From assembly GCA_023268715.1 (NCBI GenBank), contig JALRLV010000007.1, positions 19,939 through 83,938 of the forward strand: a stretch of 64,000 nucleotides of DNA. The letters are read 5' to 3'. Within the stretch, counting starts at the first letter, position 1; each line of letters starts with the position of its first letter. The stretch comes from Candidatus Thalassarchaeaceae archaeon (GTDB lineage Archaea; Thermoplasmatota; Poseidoniia; Poseidoniales; Thalassarchaeaceae). The notes under the pieces were generated by a model. That model saw only the letters and a program-made list of their open reading frames with translations, searched no databases and was not told the DNA's origin. The position numbers and the translations under genes are program-made. Below, piece by piece: positions 28,817 through 38,602 of this stretch.

Positions 28817-29428
28817 CTATTCTTCAAAGTCGCTCGAATCGAAAATGGGTATCTGAGGGCCTGTGGCTAAGGCTGCGATTTCCTCTTCGGATAACTCTGT
28901 TGATTTAGCCGATTCATGCAAGATTTGAGAATGGCCATTCGGGTCTAATAACAATAGTTCAACAGGCTCTTGTCCATTCTTGACTCTAGATATTTTGTCA
29001 ATTAATTCTTGACACGATTCAACTTTTTCCTTTCCTTCTTCGCCATCTCGTGCTGCCCCGCGTTGTATCATTGAGATAGCATCGGAAAACCGATTTAGCA
29101 CTCCTTCAACATTGGAAATATAACCTGTCGCATTGTCACCGGGTTCCACTTCCAAGCCCAATTCGACAATTCTCACTGTGCATGATGAGGATCTAACCAC
29201 TCTAGTAGTCATTAACTCTGAATTGTCAATAACAAGTGACCAGACACTAGCCTTCTTTCCTTCTGAGGGTATGAAATCGGTGTGCCTCCAACCGCACTCA
29301 TTGCAGATGATTGTCATCTCTGTATGTTCGCCGAAGTATGGTATCTCTGAAGTATGAACATTGAGAATTAATCCATTCTGGGCATTACAAATTGGACAAG
29401 GATATTCAAGAGAACTTTCCAAATTCAC
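28817..29428 (-). CDS. ZPR1-type zinc-finger protein
   Basis: CPICNAQNGLILNVHTSEIPYFGEHTEMTIICNECGWRHTD is the ZPR1 Zn-finger module, followed by the usual beta-rich domain. GTG start. Confidence 0.8.
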   Translation of the reverse strand: MNLESSLEYPCPICNAQNGLILNVHTSEIPYFGEHTEMTIICNECGWRHTDFIPSEGKKASVWSLVIDNSELMTTRVVRSSSCTVRIVELGLEVEPGDNATGYISNVEGVLNRFSDAISMIQRGAARDGEEGKEKVESCQELIDKISRVKNGQEPVELLLLDPNGHSQILHESAKSTELSEEEIAALATGPQIPIFDSSDFEE

Positions 29429-29431
29429 ACC

Positions 29432-29839
29432 TCAGTAAGGGGTATTTTGCTCCTCGTATATAGCAAATGTTGATGGTAAGAGTAACAATCTTGAGGTACC
29501 TAATCTAATGACTTCTCCCGATAAGTCGGTTTCTACAAAAGATTGGATTCTATCAACTGCAATTCTTAGTTCTGTTTCAGCTGTGATTAATCGCGACATT
29601 TCTAAAATCACGATATCACCATCGGATAACCAATCTAGAAGTTTGGGAATTCCTGTAATATCATCTAAAATTGCCCTGTGAATAATAACATCCCCCATTC
29701 CTCTAGCCACGGGCGCATCTGCGTATAATTCACCCAAGTCATGATAATCTTGACCTGGGTCTAACGAAAAGTCCCGGGACTGAGAAGGTAAACTAGGCAT
29801 CTCGATCCATTTGGGTTCGGACCTAGTAGGCTTCGCCAT
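29432..29839 (-). CDS. SepF-like (DUF552) protein, candidate FtsZ-associated division protein
   Basis: VIIHRAILDDITGIPKLLDWLSDGDIVILEMSRLITAETELRIAVDRIQSFVETDLSGEVIRLGTSRLLLLP fits the recalled SepF core pattern. The call is an inference. Confidence 0.5.
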   Translation of the reverse strand: MAKPTRSEPKWIEMPSLPSQSRDFSLDPGQDYHDLGELYADAPVARGMGDVIIHRAILDDITGIPKLLDWLSDGDIVILEMSRLITAETELRIAVDRIQSFVETDLSGEVIRLGTSRLLLLPSTFAIYEEQNTPY

Positions 29840-30044
29840 AATTTATTCCGGGGAGTTAGGCTCTTTGAGCAATACGGTTAATGTTAGATGGAAAAGCCCA
29901 ATTAATAACCCATCTCAAAAGTGACATTTTGGCTCCAAGTCGAAATACAAATTTGAGTAAATTTCCTCACTAACACCCCGTCGGATTGATAAGGGGCCGG
30001 ATTTGAGTCCAAACCGCAGGGAACTCTCCGTGCGGTGAAATCAG

Positions 30045-30671
30045 ATGAACGCAGAAGCAGACGCTGTCAAAACCGGAACTAGCACTGTTGGAATAACATT
30101 CGACGGGGGTGTTGTAGTCGGAGCAGACCATAGAGCAACTATGGGTCATTTTATTGCGAACAAGAGCGTCAAGAAGTTGTTCAAAATTTCAAACAACGTC
30201 GCCCTCACCACTGCAGGTCTCGTAGGACATGCCCAATCACTTTCACGAACTCTTGCAGCAGAATTGAGACTATACGAACTGAAGCGTAACGCTCCAATGA
30301 CTGTCCGAGGTGCTGCTACATTAACCGCAAACATACTAGTGGGAAGGCCGCACTATGTACAACTATTGATTGTTGGAACTGATGAAGACGGTCCGAGTGT
30401 GTATTCGATAGACTCAGCAGGTGGCTCAATTCCAGACGTTTATTGCGCCACTGGATCAGGAAGTCCATTCATGTACGGTGTCCTAGAAGACCAGTACAAG
30501 GATGGTATGAATCAAAATCAAGCACTGAAGGTAGCCGCAAAGGCACTCTTGGCATCGGCGCAAAGAGATGCGGCAAGCGGAAATGGCATGGATCTTGCAG
30601 TAATTACAAAAGAGGCCGGCTACCAACAACTAACGGAGAAAGAGGTCTCAGACCTACTTTCCAAATTGTAA
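30045..30671 (+). CDS. psmB: proteasome subunit beta
   Basis: A short propeptide is followed by TGTSTVGITFDGGVVVGADHRATMG and ...TAGLVGHAQSL, the typical Ntn-hydrolase beta subunit. Confidence 0.92.
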   Translation: MNAEADAVKTGTSTVGITFDGGVVVGADHRATMGHFIANKSVKKLFKISNNVALTTAGLVGHAQSLSRTLAAELRLYELKRNAPMTVRGAATLTANILVGRPHYVQLLIVGTDEDGPSVYSIDSAGGSIPDVYCATGSGSPFMYGVLEDQYKDGMNQNQALKVAAKALLASAQRDAASGNGMDLAVITKEAGYQQLTEKEVSDLLSKL

Positions 30672-30753
30672 ACAATCTCCACGGCATTTAGCCTTACAAC
30701 CTCATTTCGAGGTTTTTGGTAGAGGGTGGAGTTCCTCAATTGAGGTGTGAATA

Positions 30754-32670
30754 ATGAGATTAACATTGACAGAAGTAAAGCAAAGGGTGTCCAAGTTAGT
30801 GCCTGAAAACATCGACTATGATGTGGATGTAGAGGCAGGTTCGATTGCAATTATTACAAAGCAGCCAGAAGCCTTCGGGGGCGCCGGCCAATCATTGACC
30901 GTTAAAATTGCAAAAAATGTCAAGCGACGGGTAATCGTAAGACCTCACCCTGATATTCTCGCCGATGAAGATACAGTACGACAAAAGGTCAACGAAATCA
31001 TTCCACCTGAGGCTGAAGTGAGGAATGTTTGGCTCGATCCTGCATTATCCGAAGTTACTCTAGAATGTGACGATCCTTCTTCTGCAGTAGGACCCAAGGG
31101 AATCAATATCAAAAATCTCAGAGATGAAATTGGCTGGTTAATATCGGTAGAACGCGCTCCGGCCTTTGAGAGCCGAACTCAACACGATATCCGCAGATAT
31201 CGAAAAGAATTAGCCGATGAAAGAAAATCCCTATTGAGGAAATTTGGCACCCGAATTTATCGTCCCAAACGAGCTGGTGAACCCTGGGTTAGACTGACAG
31301 CTTTAGGTTCATACCGAGAAGTTGGCCGAGCAATGCATTTGGTTACAACAAATGAATCACGAGTTCTCGTTGATTGTGGTGCTAAGCCAACGATGAATCG
31401 TAGTGAAGTTCAACCATTCTTCAATGCACCAGAATTACTCCCTTTGGATAATCTCGATGCGATCGTACTAACCCACGCTCACGTTGACCACATAGCCATG
31501 CTTCCTGTTCTATTTCGATATGGATATCGAGGGCCGGTATATTGCACACCTCCTACCAGAGATTTGATGACATTATTACAAATGGATTACATCAAAGTCT
31601 CCCAAGCAGAAGGGGCTGATCCACCTTATTCAAAGGCGGATATACAAGAATGTATCAAACACGTTGTAGACATTCGCTGGGGAGATAAGACAGATATTGC
31701 TCCGGATGTAAAAATTACTCTCGAAAACGCAGGACACATCCTCGGTTCATCTAGTGTTTACATGCAGATTGGAGAAGGAAATTCCGAACATAGATTACTC
31801 TTTTCAGGCGACATCAAATACGAAAGATCATGGTTATTTGATGCAGCTACTGTAAGGTTCCAAAAGGTCGAGACCTTAGTTATCGAATCAACATACGGCG
31901 GCGCGCAAGATTTCCAACCAAATCGAGCAGACGCTACACAAGAATTGCAGGATTTGGTAAAATTAGCTCTCTCGAGGGGAGGTAAAATATTCTGTCCAGT
32001 ATTTGCAGTAGGACGTTCGCAAGAGGTGATGATTGCAATAGATCAATTGTTTAAATCCGGCGAGGTTAAACCGGTAACCGTTTGGTTAGATGGAATGATT
32101 TCAGAGGCAACCGCAATACATGCTAGTCATCCTGATTTCCTTAATCGTGATTTGCGTAGTATGGTATTGAAGGGAGGGGAAGAAAACCCATTCAATTCAA
32201 GTTGGTTCAAGCAGGTAGATAGCAGAGAACAAAGAGAATCAATACTTTACGATCCTTCCCCATGTATCGTCTTGGCAACTTCAGGAATGATGACCGGAGG
32301 GCCCATAATTGAATATTTGAAACACTGGGCTCCTGAAACAAATAACACTCTATGTTTTGTTGGATATCAAGCCTCAGGAACTCTTGGACGAAGATTACAA
32401 CAAGGGCATGCCGAGGTTCCTCTAATGGACAAGGGACAAACACACATGGTTCCTATTGCCTGTAATGTTGTAACAATTGACGGATTCAGTGGGCACTCTG
32501 ACAGGCGTCAATTAATGGATTACGTGAAAGCATTGAATCCTACTCCAAGGAAAATAATTTGCCATCATGGTGACGCAAAAACCTGTAATGCATTCCGTCA
32601 AGGTCTTAGAGATGAATTTAGAGTACAAACCTATGCTCCTGCGAACCTTGAAACCCTTAGATTGAAGTAA
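30754..32670 (+). CDS. aCPSF1/FttA-type beta-CASP ribonuclease with N-terminal KH domains
   Basis: 638 aa. N-terminal KH-like repeats, the metallo-beta-lactamase motif THAHVDHIAMLP and a beta-CASP region ending ...FSGHSDRRQLMDY...HHGD. The size is typical of archaeal CPSF1. Confidence 0.92.
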   Translation: MRLTLTEVKQRVSKLVPENIDYDVDVEAGSIAIITKQPEAFGGAGQSLTVKIAKNVKRRVIVRPHPDILADEDTVRQKVNEIIPPEAEVRNVWLDPALSEVTLECDDPSSAVGPKGINIKNLRDEIGWLISVERAPAFESRTQHDIRRYRKELADERKSLLRKFGTRIYRPKRAGEPWVRLTALGSYREVGRAMHLVTTNESRVLVDCGAKPTMNRSEVQPFFNAPELLPLDNLDAIVLTHAHVDHIAMLPVLFRYGYRGPVYCTPPTRDLMTLLQMDYIKVSQAEGADPPYSKADIQECIKHVVDIRWGDKTDIAPDVKITLENAGHILGSSSVYMQIGEGNSEHRLLFSGDIKYERSWLFDAATVRFQKVETLVIESTYGGAQDFQPNRADATQELQDLVKLALSRGGKIFCPVFAVGRSQEVMIAIDQLFKSGEVKPVTVWLDGMISEATAIHASHPDFLNRDLRSMVLKGGEENPFNSSWFKQVDSREQRESILYDPSPCIVLATSGMMTGGPIIEYLKHWAPETNNTLCFVGYQASGTLGRRLQQGHAEVPLMDKGQTHMVPIACNVVTIDGFSGHSDRRQLMDYVKALNPTPRKIICHHGDAKTCNAFRQGLRDEFRVQTYAPANLETLRLK

Positions 32671-32728
32671 GTTTTGACTTTGTCAACCATCCATCAACCT
32701 CAAACATATTCGCCTCAGCCGATGACTC

Positions 32729-33946
32729 ATGAGGATTGGACCCTCCTTGGTAGTTTCATTGGTGATGCTGTCCTCAGTGCTCGCGGGTTGTATAAGTACC
32801 AATGTCCCTGATAAAGAAGAAATTATTGATGAACAAACAGCCAATGCGTACAGTATAGTTGCTCCAATTGATACAGGAATCAATGTTTATCACAATCATT
32901 TCGTCTTAAATGAGACTTTACCAGACTGGATGTTGGATGGTCTTGGCGTAACGATGTGGTGTAATATCACCACCGAGGGCACTTGGGAAGAACGCTACGA
33001 GGCCGACAGGGAAACTTGTTGGGATGTAATAACTTCCTCGGATATAGTATATTTTCCTGGCACCAGAATAATTGCTACAACACCAGATGATGCGACGGAC
33101 ATCCCTATCTTAGACGACCCTTCTGATGGTCATGGAACCGCAGTTACTGGTGCAGTATTGGATGCTAATCCTAACGCGATAATTTTCTTTGTTGAGGGAT
33201 TTAGTGACGCTGCTGTATTAGCTGCCGCCAACCAACCCTTGGTTGACATAATCACTACTTCCTTTGGCCCAATTGGTTCTATCCCGGTACCTGGAATTGA
33301 GGACTCAACAAGAGTTGCGGTCGTTGAAAATAAGAAAATCCACACTGGAGCAGCAGACAACACACCTTCTCCCGCAGTACAAGACCCCACCGCAGGCCCT
33401 CCTTGGTCAATCGGAGTATCTGGATATGCGGAAGAGGAAGATGACCAAAAGGAAACTATGAGTGGTTCCTATCCCGATTTTGCCGCTGATTGGACTCAAA
33501 TGCTACCCAATCATGATGATATCGATGGATACCATCAAACATCTGGTACCTCTTTTGCTACACCCAGGACAGCAGGGATTCTTAGCATGGTATTGACTAT
33601 GTTACGAGAAGAGTCAGGAGACCTAATGAGTGGCGCTTCAGAACAAAGAGGTGGTTTACTTGTTAACGGCACAAATCTCTCCATCTCAAATGATAATATC
33701 CGTGATGCACTAAATTTGTCCGCATGGTATCCCAGTGCATCAACATGGGATCCAACTTCGGGTACATTGCCAATCTCACCTGTTGCTCCTTGTACACAAG
33801 TTGGATGGGGTGTAGTCAATTTGTCCAACATACAACCTTTGTATAATCACTTAGCAGGAATAGATTCTATGCCACAACGGCCCGCAGATGTTGTGGCATG
33901 TATGGAAGCCAATCAAGCTATGCGGGAAGCATATTGGGGCAATTGA
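32729..33946 (+). CDS. secreted subtilisin-like (S8) serine peptidase, probable lipoprotein
   Basis: Lipobox-like LSSVLAGC. Catalytic triad motifs in order: PIDTGIN (Asp), DGHGTAVTG (His) and TSGTSFATPRTAG (Ser). Confidence 0.8.
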   Translation: MRIGPSLVVSLVMLSSVLAGCISTNVPDKEEIIDEQTANAYSIVAPIDTGINVYHNHFVLNETLPDWMLDGLGVTMWCNITTEGTWEERYEADRETCWDVITSSDIVYFPGTRIIATTPDDATDIPILDDPSDGHGTAVTGAVLDANPNAIIFFVEGFSDAAVLAAANQPLVDIITTSFGPIGSIPVPGIEDSTRVAVVENKKIHTGAADNTPSPAVQDPTAGPPWSIGVSGYAEEEDDQKETMSGSYPDFAADWTQMLPNHDDIDGYHQTSGTSFATPRTAGILSMVLTMLREESGDLMSGASEQRGGLLVNGTNLSISNDNIRDALNLSAWYPSASTWDPTSGTLPISPVAPCTQVGWGVVNLSNIQPLYNHLAGIDSMPQRPADVVACMEANQAMREAYWGN

Positions 33947-33955
33947 CCTACTCCC

Positions 33956-34246
33956 CTACATCACAGGGACATCGAATCCATCCTCTTCCGGATTTGGGAC
34001 ATCTTTGTCGGAAGCGGTTTCTACACTTTCTTCCCCTAATATTGTTGTTGGGTGATCAGTTTCTCTCCCCCACCATTTTCTCCGATCGAGTGCGAATGCA
34101 AGGGCCGCTGGAGAAAGAAGTAACGAAATCCATGCCTCGATAGTTATCGAGCCGGATTCGAAAAATGAGTAAATCGAAAATACAATTAGAATAAGAAATG
34201 CCAACCAGCCGAAGACAATTCGAGCGTTTTGCACGCTAACCCCCAA
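33956..34246 (-). CDS. small hypothetical membrane protein
   Basis: Two hydrophobic helices (IVFGWLAFLILIVFSIYSFF, WISLLLSPAALAFAL) and an acidic tail. No family recognised. Confidence 0.35.
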   Translation of the reverse strand: MGVSVQNARIVFGWLAFLILIVFSIYSFFESGSITIEAWISLLLSPAALAFALDRRKWWGRETDHPTTILGEESVETASDKDVPNPEEDGFDVPVM

Positions 34247-34258
34247 TGGTCCTGCATC

Positions 34259-34298
34259 ATTAGGAATGCCCCTAATTTTGTCAATTAGAATCCTAATT
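34259..34298. promoter_or_regulatory. two adjacent ATTAG...CTAAT inverted repeats in a divergent spacer
   Basis: ATTAGG-N6-CCTAAT (34259..34276) and AATTAG-N4-CTAATT (34283..34298), read directly. They lie between divergent genes 33956..34246(-) and 34353..34790(+). Confidence 0.25.
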
Positions 34299-34352
34299 CA
34301 ACATCTATAGCCCAAAGGCAATATATTGAACCATGACTTCTCAGCATAGGCA

Positions 34353-34790
34353 ATGGCGAGTAATTGGCTACTGCTTCGATGTAAATGCGGTCAATCGTTT
34401 GGGGCTAGGCAAGGAACTCAAGCATCCTGCAGGAGATGTGGCGAATCTAGCCAAATCACAACAACTGCGGTATTCACAGATCCTGCTAGATTGACCGAAG
34501 CGGTGGCAAACGCCAACCTACCTTCGGAAATCAGTCAAGAGATAGAGGCAAAATTAATAGAAAAGAAGCGTAAACAATTGAAGACTAGGGATCGAGCAAA
34601 TGCTGGAATGATTCGCAGAATACTGAAACAATCAACTGATGACAGGGGCGTGTTAACCCTACAATCACTGCAAATAAGTCTAGAAGCTGAAGGAGTTACA
34701 GAACCATCTCCTGAACAAATTATTGGTATGGCGGAATTACAGGGCGTTGTCCAGAGAACTGCTCAAGATGAGTGGAAATGGTTAGCGTGA
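34353..34790 (+). CDS. zinc-ribbon protein, hypothetical
   Basis: N-terminal CKCGQSFGARQGTQASCRRCG (CxC...CxxC) followed by a helical, charged region. Confidence 0.5.
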   Translation: MASNWLLLRCKCGQSFGARQGTQASCRRCGESSQITTTAVFTDPARLTEAVANANLPSEISQEIEAKLIEKKRKQLKTRDRANAGMIRRILKQSTDDRGVLTLQSLQISLEAEGVTEPSPEQIIGMAELQGVVQRTAQDEWKWLA

Positions 34791-34827
34791 ACTCCATAAA
34801 GTCGACCTAGGTGGCAAAGTCACTCAC

Positions 34828-34905
34828 GGGCCTGTGGGTTAGTCTGGCCTATGCTAGATGGTTTGGGACCATTTGACCCTGGTTCAAATCCAGGCAGGCC
34901 CACCA
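34828..34905 (+). tRNA. tRNA-Pro (anticodon UGG), CCA encoded
   Basis: Acceptor stem GGGCCTG/CAGGCCC. A14, G18G19 and A21 are present. Anticodon stem GATGG/CCATT with loop TTTGGGA (UGG, G37). T arm CCTGG-TTCAAAT-CCAGG. Discriminator A plus CCA. Confidence 0.9.
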
Positions 34906-34938
34906 CTTATTCTAAAAACGGCGAAAGCAGTATAATTA

Positions 34939-35700
34939 TCAGATGAATTTCTCTATGGCTTCAATATCAAAAAGTGAAACGGCTACAGACAATGCTTCTT
35001 CTTTACCAAACCATTTTGCTTCCTCAATTTCATCATCTTTCGGTACAATTTCCTCTGCTGGAATATCCGCTTCACATTTGTAAGTAAATGAAAGCCAACA
35101 AATACCATCAGGAGTAAAAATCTCCTGTCTGACAATTGACTCTGAATTTGTGCCATACCCCTCACTAGACTCTCCGATAGGGTCTGGAATGCGAATATTG
35201 ATTCCTAGCTCTTCCAATGCTTCTCGTTCAGCACCCACTCTAGGGTGCTCGCCATAGTCGACAAAACCTCCTGGCAAGGTCCAACAGCCTGTGAAAAATC
35301 CTCGAGTTACTTTTGCCATAAGTATCTGATTAGATGGATTAGAAATTACAACTTTGCTGACTACTCTATGGAGGGTCCGGTATACCGATTCTCTAGCCAC
35401 GGGATCAACCTCACTATCGCTAATCACGGCGTCTTTCCAGGCCCACTCTCCCGGCCAAGAAATATCGGGAGTAGCGACTATTACCTCATGCATTTCCTGT
35501 CCTAATCTAAATCGATTAGTTCGCTTGGTATTCCAAGTTAAACCCATTTCTTTTGCTTCTCCAGGAGTTGGTAGGCGAATCGAGAATCCAGCTTCCCCTT
35601 CTCTTCCCATTTGGGGTATTGCGGGCCCGTTTCCTTGTAGATCTACAAGGAGTAATTTACCATCGTGTTCAAGATGGATGTGACGATGAGGTTCGGTCAT
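34939..35700 (-). CDS. Nudix hydrolase with an N-terminal extra domain
   Basis: Nudix box GGFVDYGEHPRVGAEREALEELGI. Start taken at ATG 35700; the track start is TTG 35736. Confidence 0.8.
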   Translation of the reverse strand: MTEPHRHIHLEHDGKLLLVDLQGNGPAIPQMGREGEAGFSIRLPTPGEAKEMGLTWNTKRTNRFRLGQEMHEVIVATPDISWPGEWAWKDAVISDSEVDPVARESVYRTLHRVVSKVVISNPSNQILMAKVTRGFFTGCWTLPGGFVDYGEHPRVGAEREALEELGINIRIPDPIGESSEGYGTNSESIVRQEIFTPDGICWLSFTYKCEADIPAEEIVPKDDEIEEAKWFGKEEALSVAVSLFDIEAIEKFI

Positions 35701-35791
35701 CTTTACTTGCGAGTCGAACTTAGAAAATGAACTCAACGGCTATTTATTCGGTCTCTCAAATGGTTTAGTGTGGAAATTTGAGAATCGTTGG

Positions 35792-36787
35792 TTACAACAA
35801 CTCACTTACTGCATCTCGTTCCTCGAGAAGAGCTTTGACATTTTCATCTATCTTGGTTTGGGCGAATTCATCAATAGGTAAATCTTCTACAACGATAATT
35901 TTTCCACCTTCGCACCGGCAAGGGAAACTAAAAACTAAGCCTTCCGGAACTCCGTACCATCCTTCTGATGGTAATGCCATGGATACAATCCGGCCATTGG
36001 AACCTTGCCACCAGTCTCTCATATGGTCTACCGCAGCGGAAGCAGCCGATGCGGCGGATGAAGCGCCACGTGCTACGATAATTGCCTTACCACGGGTTGC
36101 TACAGTATCTAGAAATGCGCCTTGTAACCATTCATTATCAAATAAATTAGTAACGGACTCGTTTCCTACCCTTGCAAACCTTGGGTCCGGATACATAGTG
36201 TTTGAGTGATTACCCCAAATGAATACGTCTTCTACCTTCGATGCTGGAACGCCAGCCTGTTCTGCGATTTGCCCAACCGCACGGTTTTGGTCAAGCCTAG
36301 TCATGGCTGTGAATTGTCTCTTAGGGATACTTGCTGCGTTTGCCGATGCAATTAGTGCATTCGTGTTACATGGATTACCTACAGTGATAACTCTGACATT
36401 AGGTGACGCAACAGCATCTATTGCTTTTCCTTGGCCCACGAAAATGGGCCCGTTAGCGGCGACGAGATCTGCCCTATCCATATCCTTGGTCCGCGGGCGC
36501 GAACCGACAAGGAAAATTGCATCTGCGTCACTAAACGCAACCTCTGGGTCGTCGGTGCCAATAATGTCGTGAACCAATGGGAAAGCGGAATCTCGTAGTT
36601 CCATGATTACTCCATCAAGGCGTTGCATTCCTGGAGGGATTTCTAGCAACTGTAAAATTACAGGCTGATTATTCCCAAAGCAATCACCACTAGCAATTCT
36701 CCACAATAAAGCATAGCCAATGTTACCAGCGGCTCCAGTAATGGCGACCCGTATTGCACTTTTTGTTCCCTCTTCTGTAGTTTGCAT
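35792..36787 (-). CDS. mdh: malate dehydrogenase (bacterial/cytosolic MDH type)
   Basis: [23 protein letters not shown]...[11 protein letters not shown]...[12 protein letters not shown]...VGSRPR...[12 protein letters not shown] is the typical group of NAD-MDH motifs. Confidence 0.92.
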   Translation of the reverse strand: MQTTEEGTKSAIRVAITGAAGNIGYALLWRIASGDCFGNNQPVILQLLEIPPGMQRLDGVIMELRDSAFPLVHDIIGTDDPEVAFSDADAIFLVGSRPRTKDMDRADLVAANGPIFVGQGKAIDAVASPNVRVITVGNPCNTNALIASANAASIPKRQFTAMTRLDQNRAVGQIAEQAGVPASKVEDVFIWGNHSNTMYPDPRFARVGNESVTNLFDNEWLQGAFLDTVATRGKAIIVARGASSAASAASAAVDHMRDWWQGSNGRIVSMALPSEGWYGVPEGLVFSFPCRCEGGKIIVVEDLPIDEFAQTKIDENVKALLEERDAVSELL

Positions 36788-37094
36788 TTGTTTGCCTCAG
36801 TAGTTGCGATAGGAATTACACCCTTAGCCTTTGGTGAGTGTTAGGTTCGTCATGTGTCGCCTAATCCCATACTATTCAGCGACTGAGACAAGTCGGTGCA
36901 GAAAGGCAATTGGTCATTATTATGGCTAGGACATAATTCCCCTTTTGTCTGCTGAAAATCTCATGCTTTTGCCGATGTAGTGGTCTTCGGAATTGGCTAT
37001 ATTTTCCTCTTCTAATTTCCATATGTCAATTCTAGATGAGGTGACTATTCCGTTTGATTCAATAATCTAATTCTGCTCGGGATGCTTACCTGAC

Positions 37095-37111
37095 ATGAGC
37101 CTATGGCTCAT
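37095..37111. promoter_or_regulatory. 7-bp inverted repeat ATGAGCC-TAT-GGCTCAT 20 nt upstream of pntAA
   Basis: Read directly from the sequence, within the 343-nt divergent mdh/pnt spacer. Function unknown. Confidence 0.25.
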
Positions 37112-37130
37112 TGGTAATAGAGGGACTTGT

Positions 37131-38291
37131 ATGAGACTAGGTGTTTTGAAGGAACCTGAAGGCGAAACAAGGGTTGCAATCGTACCGAAATCTCTCCGTA
37201 AATTAAGCAAGTCTGGGTTTGAAATAATGGTGGAATCTAGTGCTGGCATTGACGCAAATCACTACGATTCCGAATACGAAGAAAACGGAGCAATCATCTC
37301 AAACAGACTAGAAGTTCTGAAATCTCCTCTAATTATTTCCGTTCACTTACCAGATGTATCTGAGCTTCATACGGGCCAGGTTATTGCTTGTGTGGCCGAT
37401 CCGTTTCGTCATCCTGAAAAAGTCCAGGCTTGCTTGGATGCTGGAGTCACTCTTCTGTCGATGGATATGATCCCTCGAAGGTTGTCAAGAGCACAATCCA
37501 TGGATGTTAATTCAAGTCAAGACAATCTTGCAGGCTACAAAGCGGTACTCTTGGGAGCTGCCTCAGTACCAAAAGGAATCCCGATGATGACCACTTCTGC
37601 AGGAACGGTGAGACCAGCGAAAGTTGTGATTATGGGTAGTGGTGTCGCAGGTCTTCAGGCTATTGCAACTGCAAAGAGACTTGGCGCAATTGTCTATGCT
37701 TCCGACGTGAGGAAGTCAGCCGCAGAACAGATAGAGTCAGTTGGTGGGCGATTCATTGAGGTTGATGGTATGGATGATTTCGAAGATGAATCCGGGTATG
37801 CTAAACCACTCACTCCGGAATTCATTCAGAAAGTAAATGACACAGTTTGCGGGGTCGCTGCCGATGCCGACATCATTGTAACTACCGCCAGAATTTTTGG
37901 AAGACCAGCACCTATCACAGTACCAAGTAGTGCTGTTGATTCATTCAAGTCCGGTGCTGTTATTGTCGACATGAATGCTGATGTCGGAGGGAATTGTGAA
38001 GATACAGTCGCAGGTGAAACGGTTGTCACAGAAAACGGCGTGACTATAATTGGAGTGAAAAATCTCCCAGGCACGTTGGCAAACACAGCCTCGATGTTGT
38101 ATTCAAACAATCTAACCACTTTCATTACTTCGATATTTATTGATGGCGAGTTAGTAATTTCTGATGATGACGATGTCTTAGTAGGAGCTCCTGAAGGAGA
38201 TGATTTTTACGTCCCAGGAATGGGCGGAGTTTTGATATGTTCAGAAGGTAAAATACATCCCAAACAGAGTAAACTAGGAGGTGGGTTGTAA
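37131..38291 (+). CDS. pntAA: NAD(P) transhydrogenase subunit alpha part 1
   Basis: MRLGVLKEPEGETRVAIVPKSLRKLSKSGFEIMVESSAGIDA... and the GSGVAGLQAIATAKRLGA Rossmann motif. Start at ATG 37131 matches the family N-terminus. Confidence 0.9.
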   Translation: MRLGVLKEPEGETRVAIVPKSLRKLSKSGFEIMVESSAGIDANHYDSEYEENGAIISNRLEVLKSPLIISVHLPDVSELHTGQVIACVADPFRHPEKVQACLDAGVTLLSMDMIPRRLSRAQSMDVNSSQDNLAGYKAVLLGAASVPKGIPMMTTSAGTVRPAKVVIMGSGVAGLQAIATAKRLGAIVYASDVRKSAAEQIESVGGRFIEVDGMDDFEDESGYAKPLTPEFIQKVNDTVCGVAADADIIVTTARIFGRPAPITVPSSAVDSFKSGAVIVDMNADVGGNCEDTVAGETVVTENGVTIIGVKNLPGTLANTASMLYSNNLTTFITSIFIDGELVISDDDDVLVGAPEGDDFYVPGMGGVLICSEGKIHPKQSKLGGGL

Positions 38292-38602
38292 TGGAGCCTA
38301 CGGTTTTAATCGGTTCAGTAACGCTTTTTGTTATGTCTATTTTCCTAGGATTCGAACTTATCACCAAAGTCCCCGCCACTCTTCACACTCCACTGATGAG
38401 TGGAGCCAATGCTATTTCTGGAATCAGTATAGTTGGCGCACTGTTGGGGGCGAATGTCGCCTACGAAGGTGGCGACACAGTAGTTAGTGGAATCCTTGCT
38501 TTCGTAGCATTAGTTCTCGCGATGATCAACGTAGTTGGAGGATTCGCAGTAACTAATAGAATGTTGAATATGATAGCTGGAAAGAAAAGGGGTGGGGAAT
38601 AA
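38291..38602 (+). CDS. pntAB: NAD(P) transhydrogenase subunit alpha part 2 (membrane)
   Basis: FLGFELITKVPATLHTPLMSGANAISGISIVGALL. AGGAGGTG upstream. taATG overlap with pntAA. Confidence 0.88.
   Translation: MEPTVLIGSVTLFVMSIFLGFELITKVPATLHTPLMSGANAISGISIVGALLGANVAYEGGDTVVSGILAFVALVLAMINVVGGFAVTNRMLNMIAGKKRGGE

Noticed and set aside
34828-34938. tRNA-Pro as a possible integration hotspot or genomic island boundary
   Set aside because: There is no integrase, no duplicated tRNA 3' half and no compositional shift in the flanks. The neighbouring genes are ordinary housekeeping genes.
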